Shown piece after piece: positions 25,540-38,540 of a DNA stretch of 64,000 nt. The stretch is taken from NCBI GenBank assembly GCA_951804945.1, contig OX638155.1, forward strand, positions 61,380,001 through 61,444,000, given 5' to 3'. How positions within the stretch are numbered: the first letter of the stretch is position 1; every line of letters starts with the position of its first letter. The translations under genes were made by a program, and so were the position numbers. This stretch comes from Podarcis cretensis (lineage: Eukaryota). The notes below the pieces were generated by a model that saw only the letters and a program-made list of their open reading frames with translations, had not been told where the DNA came from and did no database searches.

Positions 25540-25823
25540 CAGTGGTGTAGGAAGAGGGGGCGGGGGGGGGGCGGCGGTCCGCCCTGGGTACCACTCTGGG
25601 AGGGGTGACAAGATGGCCGTCCATACACGTGCTGTCCGTATGGGCTGTCTCTCGCATGGCGACTCAAGCGGCAGCCCGTATGGCCGCCATGCGCAAGTGG
25701 CAGCCCGTATGGACTGTGCATGCGCAGCATTCCTTACGGGGTGTGCATGCGCAGGATGCTGCAGATGCACAGTCCATACATGCTGCGCCGCCCCAGGTGC
25801 AAGAGAGGGTTCTTCCGCCACTG
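25540..25823. mobile_element. GC-rich hAT-type MITE with internal hairpin, in PI15 intron 2
   Basis: TIR cagtggtgtagga / tcttccgccactg; TSD accttaag / aacttaag (7/8 match). Confidence 0.8.
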
Positions 25824-27350
25824 AACTTAAGGACTAATAATATAAACAGATATAAAAGATTCAGGACGAAAACAGAGAGAGGGAGAGAAGGGATCAGGGA
25901 AGAACAACTTTAAATTGGAATTCAGCACAAAACCGCCTAGAACGGACCATCCTCAGCTTATCTATGAGTTGGGATATAGATCATAGATTTCCTGCCACCT
26001 TCTCCTACCTCCTTGTCCCCCACAAAAGGCAGCTAATTTTGCATCGCCATTTTGAGGAGCACATGGCACCGTTTCCTTGTGGTTGAATCTCATACTGCAG
26101 CAGTAACATCTATTAATTATAGGGGATTGCCTGGTACTTTACCGCTCCCATTCAAGCTGCCCTGATGCCCCACATGACCCATCCAACCCACATGCTCACC
26201 AGATATCTTTTTTTTATGTGATTGTTTTCTTTAGCTTTGATATTAGAAGAGCATCAAATATGCAACAAAGTAAACAAGAATAGAATGACTTTCTTTGGCT
26301 GAAATCCCTCCTTCCTGCCTCATCACCAAAATAACCACCCCATTCCCAGAAAATATAAATTCCATATACAGTGTTGTACATCCAGGTCATTCATCTTCTT
26401 CCTACAACATCACAAGAGACATCAGGGAAAAATATGTAAAACACACAAACACATGAAAACGGGGATCAGAAAGAGCAGGAGATAATCCCAGTGACTGAGC
26501 AAACATGCCAGTAGCCCAAGTGTTTAGTCAATGCATTCTAAGGATGGATTCCTGATTCCCTCCCCTCCCCCAATGTTTGCAAAGCTTGCTGTCTTGTATA
26601 AGCAGTCTGTGTCTTGGAAGCCAATTTTACCATTTCCGCCATTCAGGTTTGGATTACCTTTGCTGTCGAAGCTTTTCATACCAGACATTTGGCAATAAGT
26701 GCAGCACGCTGGAACCAAGCTTGCTGAGAGCCAGGAAATGCCCATGTTCTTGGAATGCAGCCAATCATTAAGTTTGTGGATTCTAAGGGACCAGAATACC
26801 TTGTGGTATTGACCCAAAAAATTTCAGGACCCAACAGAATCATCAGCTGAGTGAGAAGGACCCAACCTTAACTGTATTCCCCACAATGTAAACTAGAAGA
26901 AAAACTCTTGCTTAACAAGAGTCATGTTGATATGCAAGGAAATGGTTGGTTGAATCAGTCTTGTAAATCTAGCAATTCCCATAGTTCTCTCTATGCATGA
27001 AACCCTTGCAAATATATAATTGCACAACCAGATTTAGAGCTCTGTTTGCACATTAAAGATTTGCTCTTCCTCCCTCATTAAGTTATAATGTTGGGATTGG
27101 AGGGGGGGGATGTCAGACAACAACCCAATGTTCAAGGATAGTGGGAAGGTGTTGAGCGGATGTGCAGTAGCCCTGCTCCTCTTTAGCTGCCACCATTGCA
27201 GGGAGTCCTGGCATGTGCTGTCTGTGTAGTAAACTAAATGTACAAATACCTTTCTCACTCACTCTGAATGCACAGATGTGGGAGTGAGCTAGCTCTTGTG
27301 TCCCAGTGACCCATCTCTAGCATTCCTTGAACTTGTTGAGAGGTTGTATG

Positions 27351-27660
27351 GTAAAAGGTAAAGGTAAAGGACTCCTAGATGGTCAAGTCCAGTCAATTCG
27401 ACTGTGGGCTATGGCACTCATCTCTGCTTTCAGGCCGAGGAAGCGAGCGTTTGTTTGCAGACAGTTTTCTGGGTCATGTGGCCAGCATGACTAAACCGCT
27501 TCTGGCACAACGGGACATCATGATGGAAGCCAGAGCATTTGGAAACTCTGTTAAGCTTCCCGCCACAGCAGTACCTATTTATCTATTCAAGTTGGTATGC
27601 TTTCAAACTGCTAGGTTAGCAGAAGCTGGGACAGAGCAACAGGGGCTCACTCCATCATGA
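27351..27660 (-). mobile_element. Sauria SINE
   Basis: (AAAGGT)n tail on + strand, gggtcatgtggccagcatgactaa and aactgctaggttagcagaagctgggac; similar to 1-272 in reverse. Confidence 0.85.
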
Positions 27661-27757
27661 TCTAGCTCTCCAAAATTTCAGACAGAAGTCTTTCCCAGGT
27701 CCACCTGGAGATGCTGGGCCTTCTTCATGCATCTGTTCTGCTGCTGAGCTACAGCTC
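27661..27757 (-). mobile_element. Squam3-type SINE 5' fragment
   Basis: ctccaaaatttcagacag..acctggagatgc..ctgagctacagc matches the 18850-18988 copy. Confidence 0.55.
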
Positions 27758-28407
27758 AGTGAAGCACTTCTGAGGGTACTTCCTTGTGTGTCCTCATTAT
27801 TCCTACCTGATGCACAAAACTTGTAGCTGACAAGATTTTTATTTGATCTTACAGGTGGTTATGAGGTATGGGGAAAGAGTTAACTTCCAAGATATGTTGC
27901 AGTCATGTTATTTAGGATTTTATAGTTTATGACCAGCATCTTAAGTTGTCCCTGGAATGCTTCAGGAAGCCAATGCGCACTCTGGAGCACCTGCCAGTAA
28001 TGTGATCCTGCCATTCTAGCCCCCTGGAGATGAATTACTATGTACTACAGTAGCTCTACATATAAAATTTCATTTCTTTGCAGCTTTCGGTGAATGCATT
28101 TTAATGTAACAAATAGGCTGGCTCAGCATAAATTCTGTTACCTACTGAGTAAAGAATTCACATAGTTCTGAAAGGGCTATTGTTTTATTATACAAGAATA
28201 ATGTTCATCTTAAAGTTACAGGAGCATCTTAGATGGCCACGTATTGCTAACAACTTATCAGCAATATTGACTTATTTTGAGAAGAAAATTCAGAGGAAGG
28301 AAGGAAGGGCATAATTCAAACTTAATTTTAATAGGTGAACCTTTTTAGGAATAATTAACATATATAATATCAGCGGAGGTTGTTTTTTACTATATATAAT
28401 AAATAAG

Positions 28408-28409
<2 letters not shown>

Positions 28410-28441
<32 letters not shown>
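28410..28441. repeat. (AAC)n microsatellite
   Basis: Seen directly. Confidence 0.95.
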
Positions 28442-28946
28442 CCAAGCAAATCTTCCCTTCAGGACTAGGAGGTGGTGCTCCAGTGTCAAGTTGTCTTACT
28501 CATGCTTCCCCATCTGAGTTCTGGAACTGGGCAGTGCCAAGAAAATCACTTCAAAAGCAACAGTACTTTTCACTGTAGAGTTCAGGAAATTAATCAAGAT
28601 AAACACTGGAAATGAAAAGGGGGGAACCCAGAACTATAACAATGGATATTTATTTAATCGATTTTGGAGAGAAAATCTAAATTACTTGTTCTACTGCTAC
28701 AATTTCTTTTCAGTCTCCAGTTTAAGATCCACAGGATTCAGCATCTCTATAGGAAACTATAGTTTCCTAACTACATTGCAACACTCATTATTTGAATCTT
28801 GTCCACTATTGTAGAGAGCTTCACTCTCTATCTTTCACATCATGGTGGTCAATAGTGGGGAAGGGGGAATTCACTATGTGATGGTCAATTTTCATCTGGT
28901 GAAAGTTCTACTAAACAATAAGGGAAGGAGAGTGGCAAATGCATCA

Positions 28947-29095
28947 CATAAAAATATAAGAAGAGCCTGCAGAATCAGGCCAATGGCCCATCTACTCCAA
29001 GATTCTGTACTCACAGTGTCCAAGCAGATGCCTGTAACAAACTGGCAAACAGGACTCAAGCACAAGAGCATTCATTTCTCTTGTGGCTTCCAGCT
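28947..29095 (-). mobile_element. CR1 LINE 3' end fragment
   Basis: cataaaaatataagaagagcctgcagaatcaggccaatggcccatcta; same family as 3791 and 12733. Confidence 0.65.
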
Positions 29096-29814
29096 ACTTA
29101 ACTACACAGAGGTCTTAAGAAGACACTAAAAATGGCAGACCAATTAGGGGAACAACAGCATGTCCCCAGTATGCAATTATTATTGGCGTCCAGTACCATC
29201 ACCTACAATAATTCTGCAGAGGAGTCTGTCCCCTTTGGGATTTCTACCTTGCTGGACTCAATGCCCTCTTTGATGTACAGAGCGACACCACCAGGTTTCC
29301 ATTTTGCTCACTATATCAATACTATCCTCTAGCTCTTTCTCCTAGAGAAAGAGTTCCATAAGCTTGGCACCACCAAAGAGAAGGCACCAACACATGCAAT
29401 TATTAACCTAGCTCCCAAGCACTTTAGTTGAAATGGCATATATTTTGTATCTCCAATCACACACGATCCTTCTTGGCATAAATTCTTACTGCACAATCCT
29501 GCCTATGCCTAGAAGTATGTAATGGGATTTACTTCCAGGTAAGTGTGTCTAGAAAGTGCAGCCTGAATGAGCCTTTAATTTGATTATAAACTATCCATGT
29601 TTCACTGAAAGGTAGTCATTGCAAGTGACACTGGATCCCCTAGCATATTTTGAAGCTCAAATAGCAAATGTCACATGCAGTAGTTAGGAACACATTGTTC
29701 GTGCCTACAAATGTGCTGCGCTGAAAGGTCACAAAATGGGTTTGTATTCCAAGGCCACTGGAAAAGGACAAGCCTTCAGAAAATCACAATTGCATGTTTG
29801 CATCAGTTCAGTCT

Positions 29815-30005
29815 TAGGGACACAGGAAACTGCCTTGCATTAGATCAGACTGGATGCTCATGTAGCCCAATATTGTCCACAGTGATGGCAGCTGGTCTCT
29901 AGATCTCAGGCAGAGGTCTCTCACATCACCTAGTATCTGATTCTTTTCACAGGAGAACCTGAGAACTGGGCCCTGCTGCATACAGATTATGTGCTTTACT
30001 GCTTG
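29815..30005 (-). mobile_element. Old Squam3-like SINE
   Basis: acacaggaaactgcctt tail, tagcccaatattgtc..ggcagc..tcaggcagag. Confidence 0.5.
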
Positions 30006-33000
30006 GGGCTCACTCACACTTCCGCTTGGGTCTGAGCAGTTCTCTGCTTGTCTCATGCTTTCTAGCCATGAGTCCAAGTGGTTTTGCCTTTGCCCCACTG
30101 CTTTCCCCTGGAAGACCCACTCTTTAGTGCTGAATCCATTAAAAACCCAATTGGCATTTGTTCCAATTGTGTGCTAAATTGTGGGTTTTCCCAAGGTGGG
30201 GGGAGTGTGGTGGGGCAAATGGAAGTGTGGACAAGTCCTTAGATAAAAAACCTTCCCAGCTCAAGTTATGATCTTGCATTCAGTTATGGTTGCATAAAAG
30301 ACCCTCTGAATTGTTACGAACTAAAAATGCACACTAAATCACAGGCATAGGTTCACTCCACTGAATAGCCTTAGAACCTTGCAATATTGTTTTGTACACA
30401 ACAGTAGGTGGCAAAGGGCTGGAAACTGAATCTTGCCCTACCTCCAAGTTCCTTTGTTAGCAGATAAGTAGACTTGGGCACAAGGGGTCTTGTGACATGT
30501 TTGAATTCTGTACCAATTTACTGTTAGTCACTCAAAGCTACTCTAAGAAGTTGTGTTGATGCAGAACCTGGTGGTTCTACTGCCTCATCTAACTTTCAAT
30601 AATGTGTACTGTAGTATACAGAGGACAAGATGTGATGTGGCACCAGCACTCAGAGTTGTTCAGGAGCAAGGTCAGAGAGAGATGGGGAAATGGAGCTACA
30701 ATTTATATAGCTTAGACAATGGCTCTGTGGACTTGCACTGCCAGCCAAATATGAAAGAGACTGCAATTTTGAATAATGTATGGAAATGTTAGGTCCAAGG
30801 ACATTGCTTAAGTAATGTCTGAAGAGCTTGCATTCATCTAGGAGCCAACTACTACCTAGGTAGCATATGCAAAGCACAAGTAGCAGGTGGTTTGGGCTCT
30901 ACAACACCCAGGAGAGCTCCCAAATGACACTTCCAGGAAGTCAGCTGTTGACCCGCTAGAGTGCAATGCTCTTTTGAGCCTTTATATTCAAACAAGGCCT
31001 GAAAACTGTCAGAGTGCTGCTTCTCAGTTCTAGGAACAACATGCTGGCCTGTGTTGACACTGAATGGTCTTGGACTGTGAACTATGCCCAGCTAATCAGA
31101 TACACAATAGACAGTATCAACCATGCAATAATATCAACCATGCAATAAAATTAATCCCATTGAAGATTAACCTCAGTAACCACCATACTATGTTGACTCA
31201 ACCTTCAAACCACAGAGAAGGTGACCTTCCCATTTTTTCCCCATAAACAAAAAAGTACTTAATGAGTGAGGAAGCTCTTACATAAACAAACCTGCTGTCA
31301 ATCATCCTGCAGTTACTTCGGGTAGTTTGTAAGTTAATTATTGTGCTAATCAAAATGATGGGACAGGGGAAAAAGAAAAGAAGAGACGTGTGAGTGAAGA
31401 AGAGAAATACATTGCTCAGCCAAAGATTTCAAATATTTTCACTGCAGTGATGCCCACTGCCAAAGTTAAAAGTTACTGTTCAACTTAAAAAGAGGCTTAT
31501 CTCTTCAGCAGAGGGAAACTGCTGTGTCTGGCAGAGGAAGGGATTTCTTGAAAGGAAATCTCTTGTGCATTCATGCCTCTTCTTTAGATCCCAACCCAGG
31601 AACCCACTGGGTAAAATCCTTGTCTCAGCGCTGCTTTCAGTAGCTCATTTCTATATTTGAGATTTGAAAACACATGCAGGGCAGTAGCCAGGAACTAATT
31701 GAAAGCATACGTCTTCAAAGTTTTAGAATACCAGAGGCAAATATTATAAACGTGTCTAATAAAGATCCTGGGACTTTCTCTGCAGGCCACTGCTTTTTAC
31801 TGACATGTGACCATTCTGACATTATAAAGTCACAGCTCCTGCCTATGGCTTTTTGTGGGATAAATCTTTGCTTACATTTCCAACATGCGAGAAAGGAAAT
31901 GCAACATCAGAAGCAGCCGTCGGTGTGCAATGTCAGCCAAGAAACATTAACAAGGTCATAGTCATGTTCTTATCATTGCTTTGCCTTGATTTTGGCCAGA
32001 CTGTCAAAGTGAATGTTTCCAAAACTGAACCTTGACTGGGATATATATGGATACATTAAGAGCACATAATGTCTTTAACATCACAAGATATGCATCTGTT
32101 TAAATGCATAGCTATGTTTTTGAAAATTGGCCAGGTCCCTATGAAGTTTTTAATAGTGTATTAAAATCTGAGAACGTGTAAAAAGCTGTAGATTTTTCAA
32201 CTGACTTCCCTTCCCAGTCCCCCCAAATGATATAATCCACATGGTGGCTTTTTTTGCAGCAACCGGCTACAGACTGAACTAAAATTCTTACTGGAAATGT
32301 TTTTAAAAAATCAAGCCAGGAAATGTGTTAACAATGAAAGATCACAGAGCAGTTTTAACAAATAGACATTGGAAAGGATCTCCTTTTAGTACAAAGCGCT
32401 TCCTGAACTATTAAAAAAGAAAGAAAGAAAAAAGAAAGGAAGCAAGCAAGCAAGGAAGGAATGGCCTAGTTTGAATAGCTATGGTATGAGTGCTTCACTC
32501 CAGTTCTCCCGAAAGTGGTTGGAGGAATATCTGATTGGAGGAATATGTACCATATGCAAATTTAATATTTGTGGAAAGTCTTTTAAAAGATCAGCCATCC
32601 CAAAATAAATGCAGCCAGATCCCTTGTGAAAGGCAGACATCAGAATTAGGTGTATATTAATGATTTAGTACCATTACTGTCTGACTATTCCCTCAGCTCT
32701 GAATGTAGAAAGATCCTATCAAATGAGATTCTATATTTGACATATCAAGGAGTTCAGGACTGTGCACCGAAACATATGGAAACTATTCCCCTTGACATCA
32801 TTAATTCACTTCCATATCTGAAACAAAACAAAGGAATATTGCGGGTTTTGAGCTATTTAAGTTAACAACAGAATATTCAGTGATGCCACAGGATAAAAAT
32901 TGCATCCAAAGAATATAATTCCTAGAAATGCTGGGAGACTAATAGTGGAATATAGAATTAGGATTTGCATGATGAGTTTGGCAAGCGCTAAAATCAATCT

Positions 33001-33498
33001 GTAAGACTTTGCAAGAGGGTTATTCTGCTGATGAAATAACAGAGGTTTTGTTTAATTCAACACAAGCAAGGGAAATTTTCAGAAGAACTCCATAGAGCAT
33101 GGCAAATACAGTGCCTTGAATTTTGACAGGTAGAACATGAGAGGTTTCCATCCAGGTCTATGTGCCATCATGCACAGACCACTGCCTCTTGGTCTTAGTT
33201 CTCACTTTGTGAAATGGAAACAGCAGTAGTCAATCACACAGGATTAGAAGTAAGCACTGTGCATGTTTTGATAATAAAAGTTAAGTATTTTAAAGTAGGG
33301 GACAGGGCTTCCAGATCAGCTTCATTCCTAACTTGGTACTGTACAAATGCCACTGAATTTAGTTCGAAAAAGAAGCCTAATGCTACCAGTTTGGGATAGT
33401 GAAATGTTCATATTTGACTTCCAATAATTCCATTATTTTGTATGGATAATGGAAAATATTTTTAAAGAAGCAGCCTTTCACTGTTTCCATCTTTGTGT

Positions 33499-33515
33499 TC
33501 ACACACACACATGCG

Positions 33516-33563
<48 letters not shown>
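33499..33563. repeat. (CA)n microsatellite with a (GC)n core
   Basis: Seen directly. Confidence 0.95.
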
Positions 33564-33571
<8 letters not shown>

Positions 33572-35594
33572 CCAGTGTTTAACAGCAGTCTGCAAATGGT
33601 CTCGGAAATACACAACATATGACATTGTTTCCCCCCTGTGCTTAACTGTGAGCCCTTATAGCTATTGGCTGAAGTGTTGTGATGTCCTAGAATGGTAAGA
33701 AACTAACATTCTATATGTTGAAAGGAATGACTCCATTTTGGAAGGTTGGCAAACATTTCAAGGTCTATTAAATATTATTTTGGGATTGGGAAACTATAGG
33801 CTGCATCCAACTAAGTTTTACTTGGAGTAGATGCATTGAAATTAATGGACCTGTGTTAGTCCTGTCTATTGATTTCAGGAGGTCTGCTCTAGATACAACT
33901 CATTATTTATTTTCAGCCAGATCTGTTGACGCACACTTCCTACCAATAATTGGATGGAGTGTGAAATAGGACTAGAATTAGATGTCTGAGAATAGTTTAT
34001 TAAGGGGAGGGGATTTCTCACAAGTGTAGCAACCTCTTGCTTGCATACATACATACATTTTTATAAGTCCAGAAGTGAGGTGGTGTATGGGATTTTATTC
34101 CTGCTGCACATCAAGACAATTTATGCATGGCAACCTCAGTGGATGGATACCATTGACTTGAAATATTGAACCAAACCTTTGTTTATAGTTCTTTAATAGA
34201 TTACATAGTTACTAATCTAAAACACACACATGCAATTGCTCATAGAAAAGTGCCAATTGCTAGCTGATCGCAGTATTAATTCATTTCTATTAGTATATGG
34301 ACTTTCCAATAGATTACAAATGCAAGAATGATTTCTTTGCAAAGGGACAGCTCAGAATCCAGGTGATCTCATAGCTGAAATAAATACATAATGCCAGCCA
34401 AATCTGTCTGTATAAATTTCAATGAGCTCATGTGTTTTCATCACTTAGTATGCACTGAAAAGGAGAGGAGAGGCATTTTCCAGCCATGGGTAAAAAGCAG
34501 GCAGATAGAGAAGTGGTTTCCTCTATATTAAATACTTGGCCATATATGGTGATTGCTACATAGATTGCATGTGTCCATTGAACTGCTTAAAGAAACAAAG
34601 GTCCATAATACAAATGGCCAAGAAAACATCTCTTTCTACCTGCATTACATAGCAGACTGTGGTTGGATGGTGGTGTTAGAGCCAACTTCAGCTGCAAAAC
34701 ATCTTGTACCCTATTTGTTTTCCCAAAGCTGTGGCACAAATGCTTGTCCACTGTTCATGTCAAGAATCTTTGGATCTGCCTACAAAGGCAGATACAACAA
34801 TCTCTCTTTAGTGTCGCAAGATACTCTCCTTTAAAGTTGTCGCTGCCTGGATCTCCCAGTGTGTTCTTCTCTTCCTAAAAGCAGCTGTAGGGGAAGGGTT
34901 TTAGATCAGGTCATAATGTAAATGGGGTGTGGTTAACCCTTTCCCTTGTGCTAATTGATGCAAAATCCCTCCTCTCTGAGCTGCTTAAGCAAGAAAGGTG
35001 TCTGTATTGTGCTCTATTCCCACCCACCCCTTCTGGAGCCAACAGCAATTTCAGAGGGTTGTTTTGCATCATGGAATCCATGCTGGAGAAAGAGTTTAAA
35101 AAATCCCGTCTGCCTTGCCACAGAGCCCAGTCCAAATCTTCCTGCCATGATATATGGCATGTGGGAGATCTAATCACAGAACCCTTGCAACATGTGTAGT
35201 TTAACCCTAACACTATTCAAGCACTATTCATTTAAAGCACTTTGATTCTACCTTAAACAGTCATGGCTTCCCCCCCAAGAATTCTGGGAGCTGTATTTTG
35301 TTAAAGGTACTGAGAGTTGTGAGGAGACCCCTACCCCCTCACAAAGCTTCAAGTCTCAGAATAGCTCTGCCAAATGGATCACTGTGTGGTGAAAACATTT
35401 CCCAAGCACCCTAGAAATGACTGCATATTTGGATCTGATTATTCATGTTATGTCAGTTGGGAAGGGCATTCCAGAGATTACATCAGGTTTATTCACACCC
35501 AATATCATCCATATACTTTTTTTAAACAGAGGGACATGATTTATGCATATGGACTCAAGTGCCTTGGAATTGGTTTCCTTGACTGAAATGAAAA

Positions 35595-35597
<3 letters not shown>

Positions 35598-35635
<38 letters not shown>
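35598..35635. repeat. (TG)n microsatellite
   Basis: Seen directly. Confidence 0.95.
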
Positions 35636-35636
<1 letters not shown>

Positions 35637-35837
35637 CCGGATGTGCTCAGAATCCTCCACGCCACCAGGGGCAAACAACAACACATAGGATTGTAAGCTT
35701 GCCCAGCAAATAAACGTGATGATTCCCCTTCAGATCTCCCCCCCTCAATGCACCAATGTCATGGATAAAGCTGGCAGGGGCAGAGATGCTGGGAGCAGGT
35801 GTACTGCACACAGCCCCATAGCTCCCTTCATATATTG

Positions 35838-36242
35838 AGTTTCCAGTACGTTTCTGAGCAGAATTCAAAGTCTTGGTGCTGACCTTTAAAGCCCTAAACG
35901 GCCTTGGTCCAGTATACCTCAAGGAGAGTCTCCACCCCCATCGTTCTGCCCGGATACTGAGGTCCAGCGCTGAGGGTCTTCTGGTGGTTCCCTTGCTGCG
36001 AGAAGCCAAGTTACAGGTAACCAGGCAGAGGGCCTTCTCGGTAGTGGTGCCCGCCCTGTGGAATGCCCTCCCATCAGATGTCAAGGAAATAAGCAGCTAT
36101 CCTCTTTTTAAAAGTCATCTGAAGGCAGCCCTGTTTAGGGAAGCTTTTAATGTTTAACAGACCATTGTATTTTAATATTTTGTTGGAAGCTGGCAAAAGT
36201 GCCTGGGGAAACCCAGTCAGATGGGTGGGGTATAAATAATAA

Positions 36243-36284
<42 letters not shown>
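35838..36284 (+). mobile_element. L2 LINE 3' fragment with (TAT)n tail
   Basis: FKVLVLTFKALNGLGPVYLKE..LRSS..RAFSVVVPALWNALP..FKSHLKAALFREAF, then 3' stem-loop and (TAT)n. Confidence 0.9.
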
Positions 36285-36285
<1 letters not shown>

Positions 36286-36911
36286 GGCAAATGCCAGAAA
36301 AAGCTTATACATGCATAGAATTAAGCCTCAGGGGCCTGCCAGACATCATTTTTATTGTGCATTCATGATGATTGGTGCTCATGATGCTATCGAGGCAGTC
36401 TCTTGTGATCCCATGTCCAAGACTATTTGCACTTCGGGTGGTCATACTGCTTCCAAGCAATGTACACCCTGTAACTTTCTGCTGAAATCCTGTAACTTTT
36501 TTTTATCACAAATGTTCAGGTTTGGAGTTTTTGTCACACTTTTGTTGTGCCAGAGCACCTCCAGGTAGCAATTACATGGTAGCATGGGTGCAGCACAGCG
36601 GAACTAAAGCAGAATAATTCCATCACCAATGCACTAATGTTGTATCAATAGCATCTTGCAGAATACACCCACAATAAAGCACCCATTTAGAGGGGTCCTG
36701 AGTTAGCTGAGTCACCACCATCATGTTTGGTCGATCCATCAGGCTTGTGTAAGAAACACGGCAGAAGTGACCAATCTGATTTAGGGAAGAGGGAAAGTTC
36801 TGCCACACCCCATGCAGTTACCTTCAACTCTCTCTGTTTCATTTTCAGTGCTGTTTTTATAGAAAAAGAGGTGCTGGAACTCCCCACGAATGCCTTCCTT
36901 GTTCTCTTCTA

Positions 36912-37137
36912 CAGTGGTACCTCTGGTTAAGAACTTAATTCATTCCGGAGGTCCGTTCTTAACCTGAAACCGTTCTTAACCTGAGGTACAACTTTAGCTA
37001 ATGGGGCCTCCTGCTGTCACTGTGCCACCGGCACATGATTTCTGTTCTCATCCTGAGGTAAAGTTCTTAACCTGAGGTACTACTTCTGGGTTAGCAGAGT
37101 CTGTAACCCAAAGTGTTTGTAACCCGAGGTACCACTG
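36912..37137. mobile_element. Tc1/mariner-type MITE, copy 3 (opposite orientation)
   Basis: Same TIRs, TA on both sides. Confidence 0.9.
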
Positions 37138-37290
37138 TAATGGCAATGGAGCCCACTTGAGAGGTGCAGAATTCCATTGAACTCTGGCTGAAAAAAGCCC
37201 TGCTCCCACTTAACGCAATGCAGTTAATATTTTAGAACTCCCCACCCTGTTTCTATGTTCAGTATTACTAAAGAATATGTATTTTTCCAG

Positions 37291-37409
37291 GTGTGGGATG
37301 AAAATCTAGCCAAGTCTGCTGAAGCATGGGCTGCCACCTGCATTTGGGACCATGGCCCTTCATACTTAATGAGATTCTTGGGACAAAATCTGTCGGTACG
37401 GACTGGAAG
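37291..37409 (+). CDS. PI15: PI15 coding exon 2
   Basis: ttttccag|VWDENLAKSAEAWAATCIWDHGPSYLMRFLGQNLSVRTG(R)|gtgggc; 119 nt; not shown in the ORF track. Confidence 0.97.
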
Positions 37410-38170
37410 GTGGGCAGATGACTTGTAGCATATCTTCATTCAATGTATTTTGGCAACAGTTACCCTGATGCAGAAGATTCCTGAGAACACTGGCACAAAA
37501 GCAGCCCCTTTCACTTAGTTAATGAGCCAGCTTCACACATGCAATAGGATCCAGGCACAGAGCATTCCTTTCCAGTGAAGTAAACAGAGAAGCCTATTTG
37601 TGCAGGAGTACTCTGTGTACACTGGAGCACATGGATCAGCAATGGGGTCTGACACAACGCAGTGACTGTTGCTATTTTGGTAAAGAAAATTATTGCGACG
37701 TGGGTCCAAGAATACATGATATACAAATTAGGCAAAGAGATCACTCTTTAGTTGTTGTAAATGTATGCAAATGTTCACATTTCATTTTTTAAAATACTGT
37801 TTTATTGTTCACCATTTGGAAACTTCTAAAATTTTAAAAAATAAAATAATCACCTTCACAGCTCTGTCCATCCAGCAAAATCAGAAGCTATATAAATAAC
37901 AGATTATGTATAAGTATCAGCAACACTCTAGCATCAAACAGAGCATGCATTTTCTTCAGCATGTCCCAGGGCTTATTCACAAAAATATAGGTCAGTTTTT
38001 CAAGACACCATGATCATGGAAATCGTAGTCACTCTGTAAGAGGCCAGAGCATACCTGAGAACTTGATCACGCGGAGGAAATAACCACAGCCTAATATCTG
38101 TCTTATGCACATCAATAATGCTGAACATTCAGAAATGTCCCTATCTCTCTGTGACTTCAATCACACCTAG

Positions 38171-38303
38171 GTATCGATCTATTCTCCAGCTGGTGAAGCC
38201 ATGGTACGATGAAGTGAAAGACTATGCATTTCCGTATCCTCAGGACTGTAATCCAAGGTGTCCGCTGAGATGCTATGGGCCCGTGTGCACACATTACACC
38301 CAG
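38171..38303 (+). CDS. PI15: PI15 coding exon 3
   Basis: cctag|[44 protein letters not shown]|gtgatt; 133 nt; phase fits the previous exon. Confidence 0.97.
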
Positions 38304-38424
38304 GTGATTTGAGTTCAGCTTTTCATACGTCAATATCATGCTTCAGTTCAGTGCTCGGCTCCCTATGCTATCTGTGTTTCTCTCCACATTTGACTCTAAC
38401 AAATGGATATTAATCTTTCTTCAG

Positions 38425-38540
38425 ATGGTTTGGGCCACTTCCAATCGAATAGGCTGTGCAATCCACACATGCCACAACATGAATGTCTGGGGGTCAGTCT
38501 GGCGACGAGCTGTTTATTTGGTATGCAACTATGCCCCAAA
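38425..38540 (+). CDS. PI15: PI15 coding exon 4
   Basis: ttcttcag|[38 protein letters not shown](K)|gtaagt; 116 nt; completes CAP motifs HYTQMVW and LVCNY. Confidence 0.97.
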
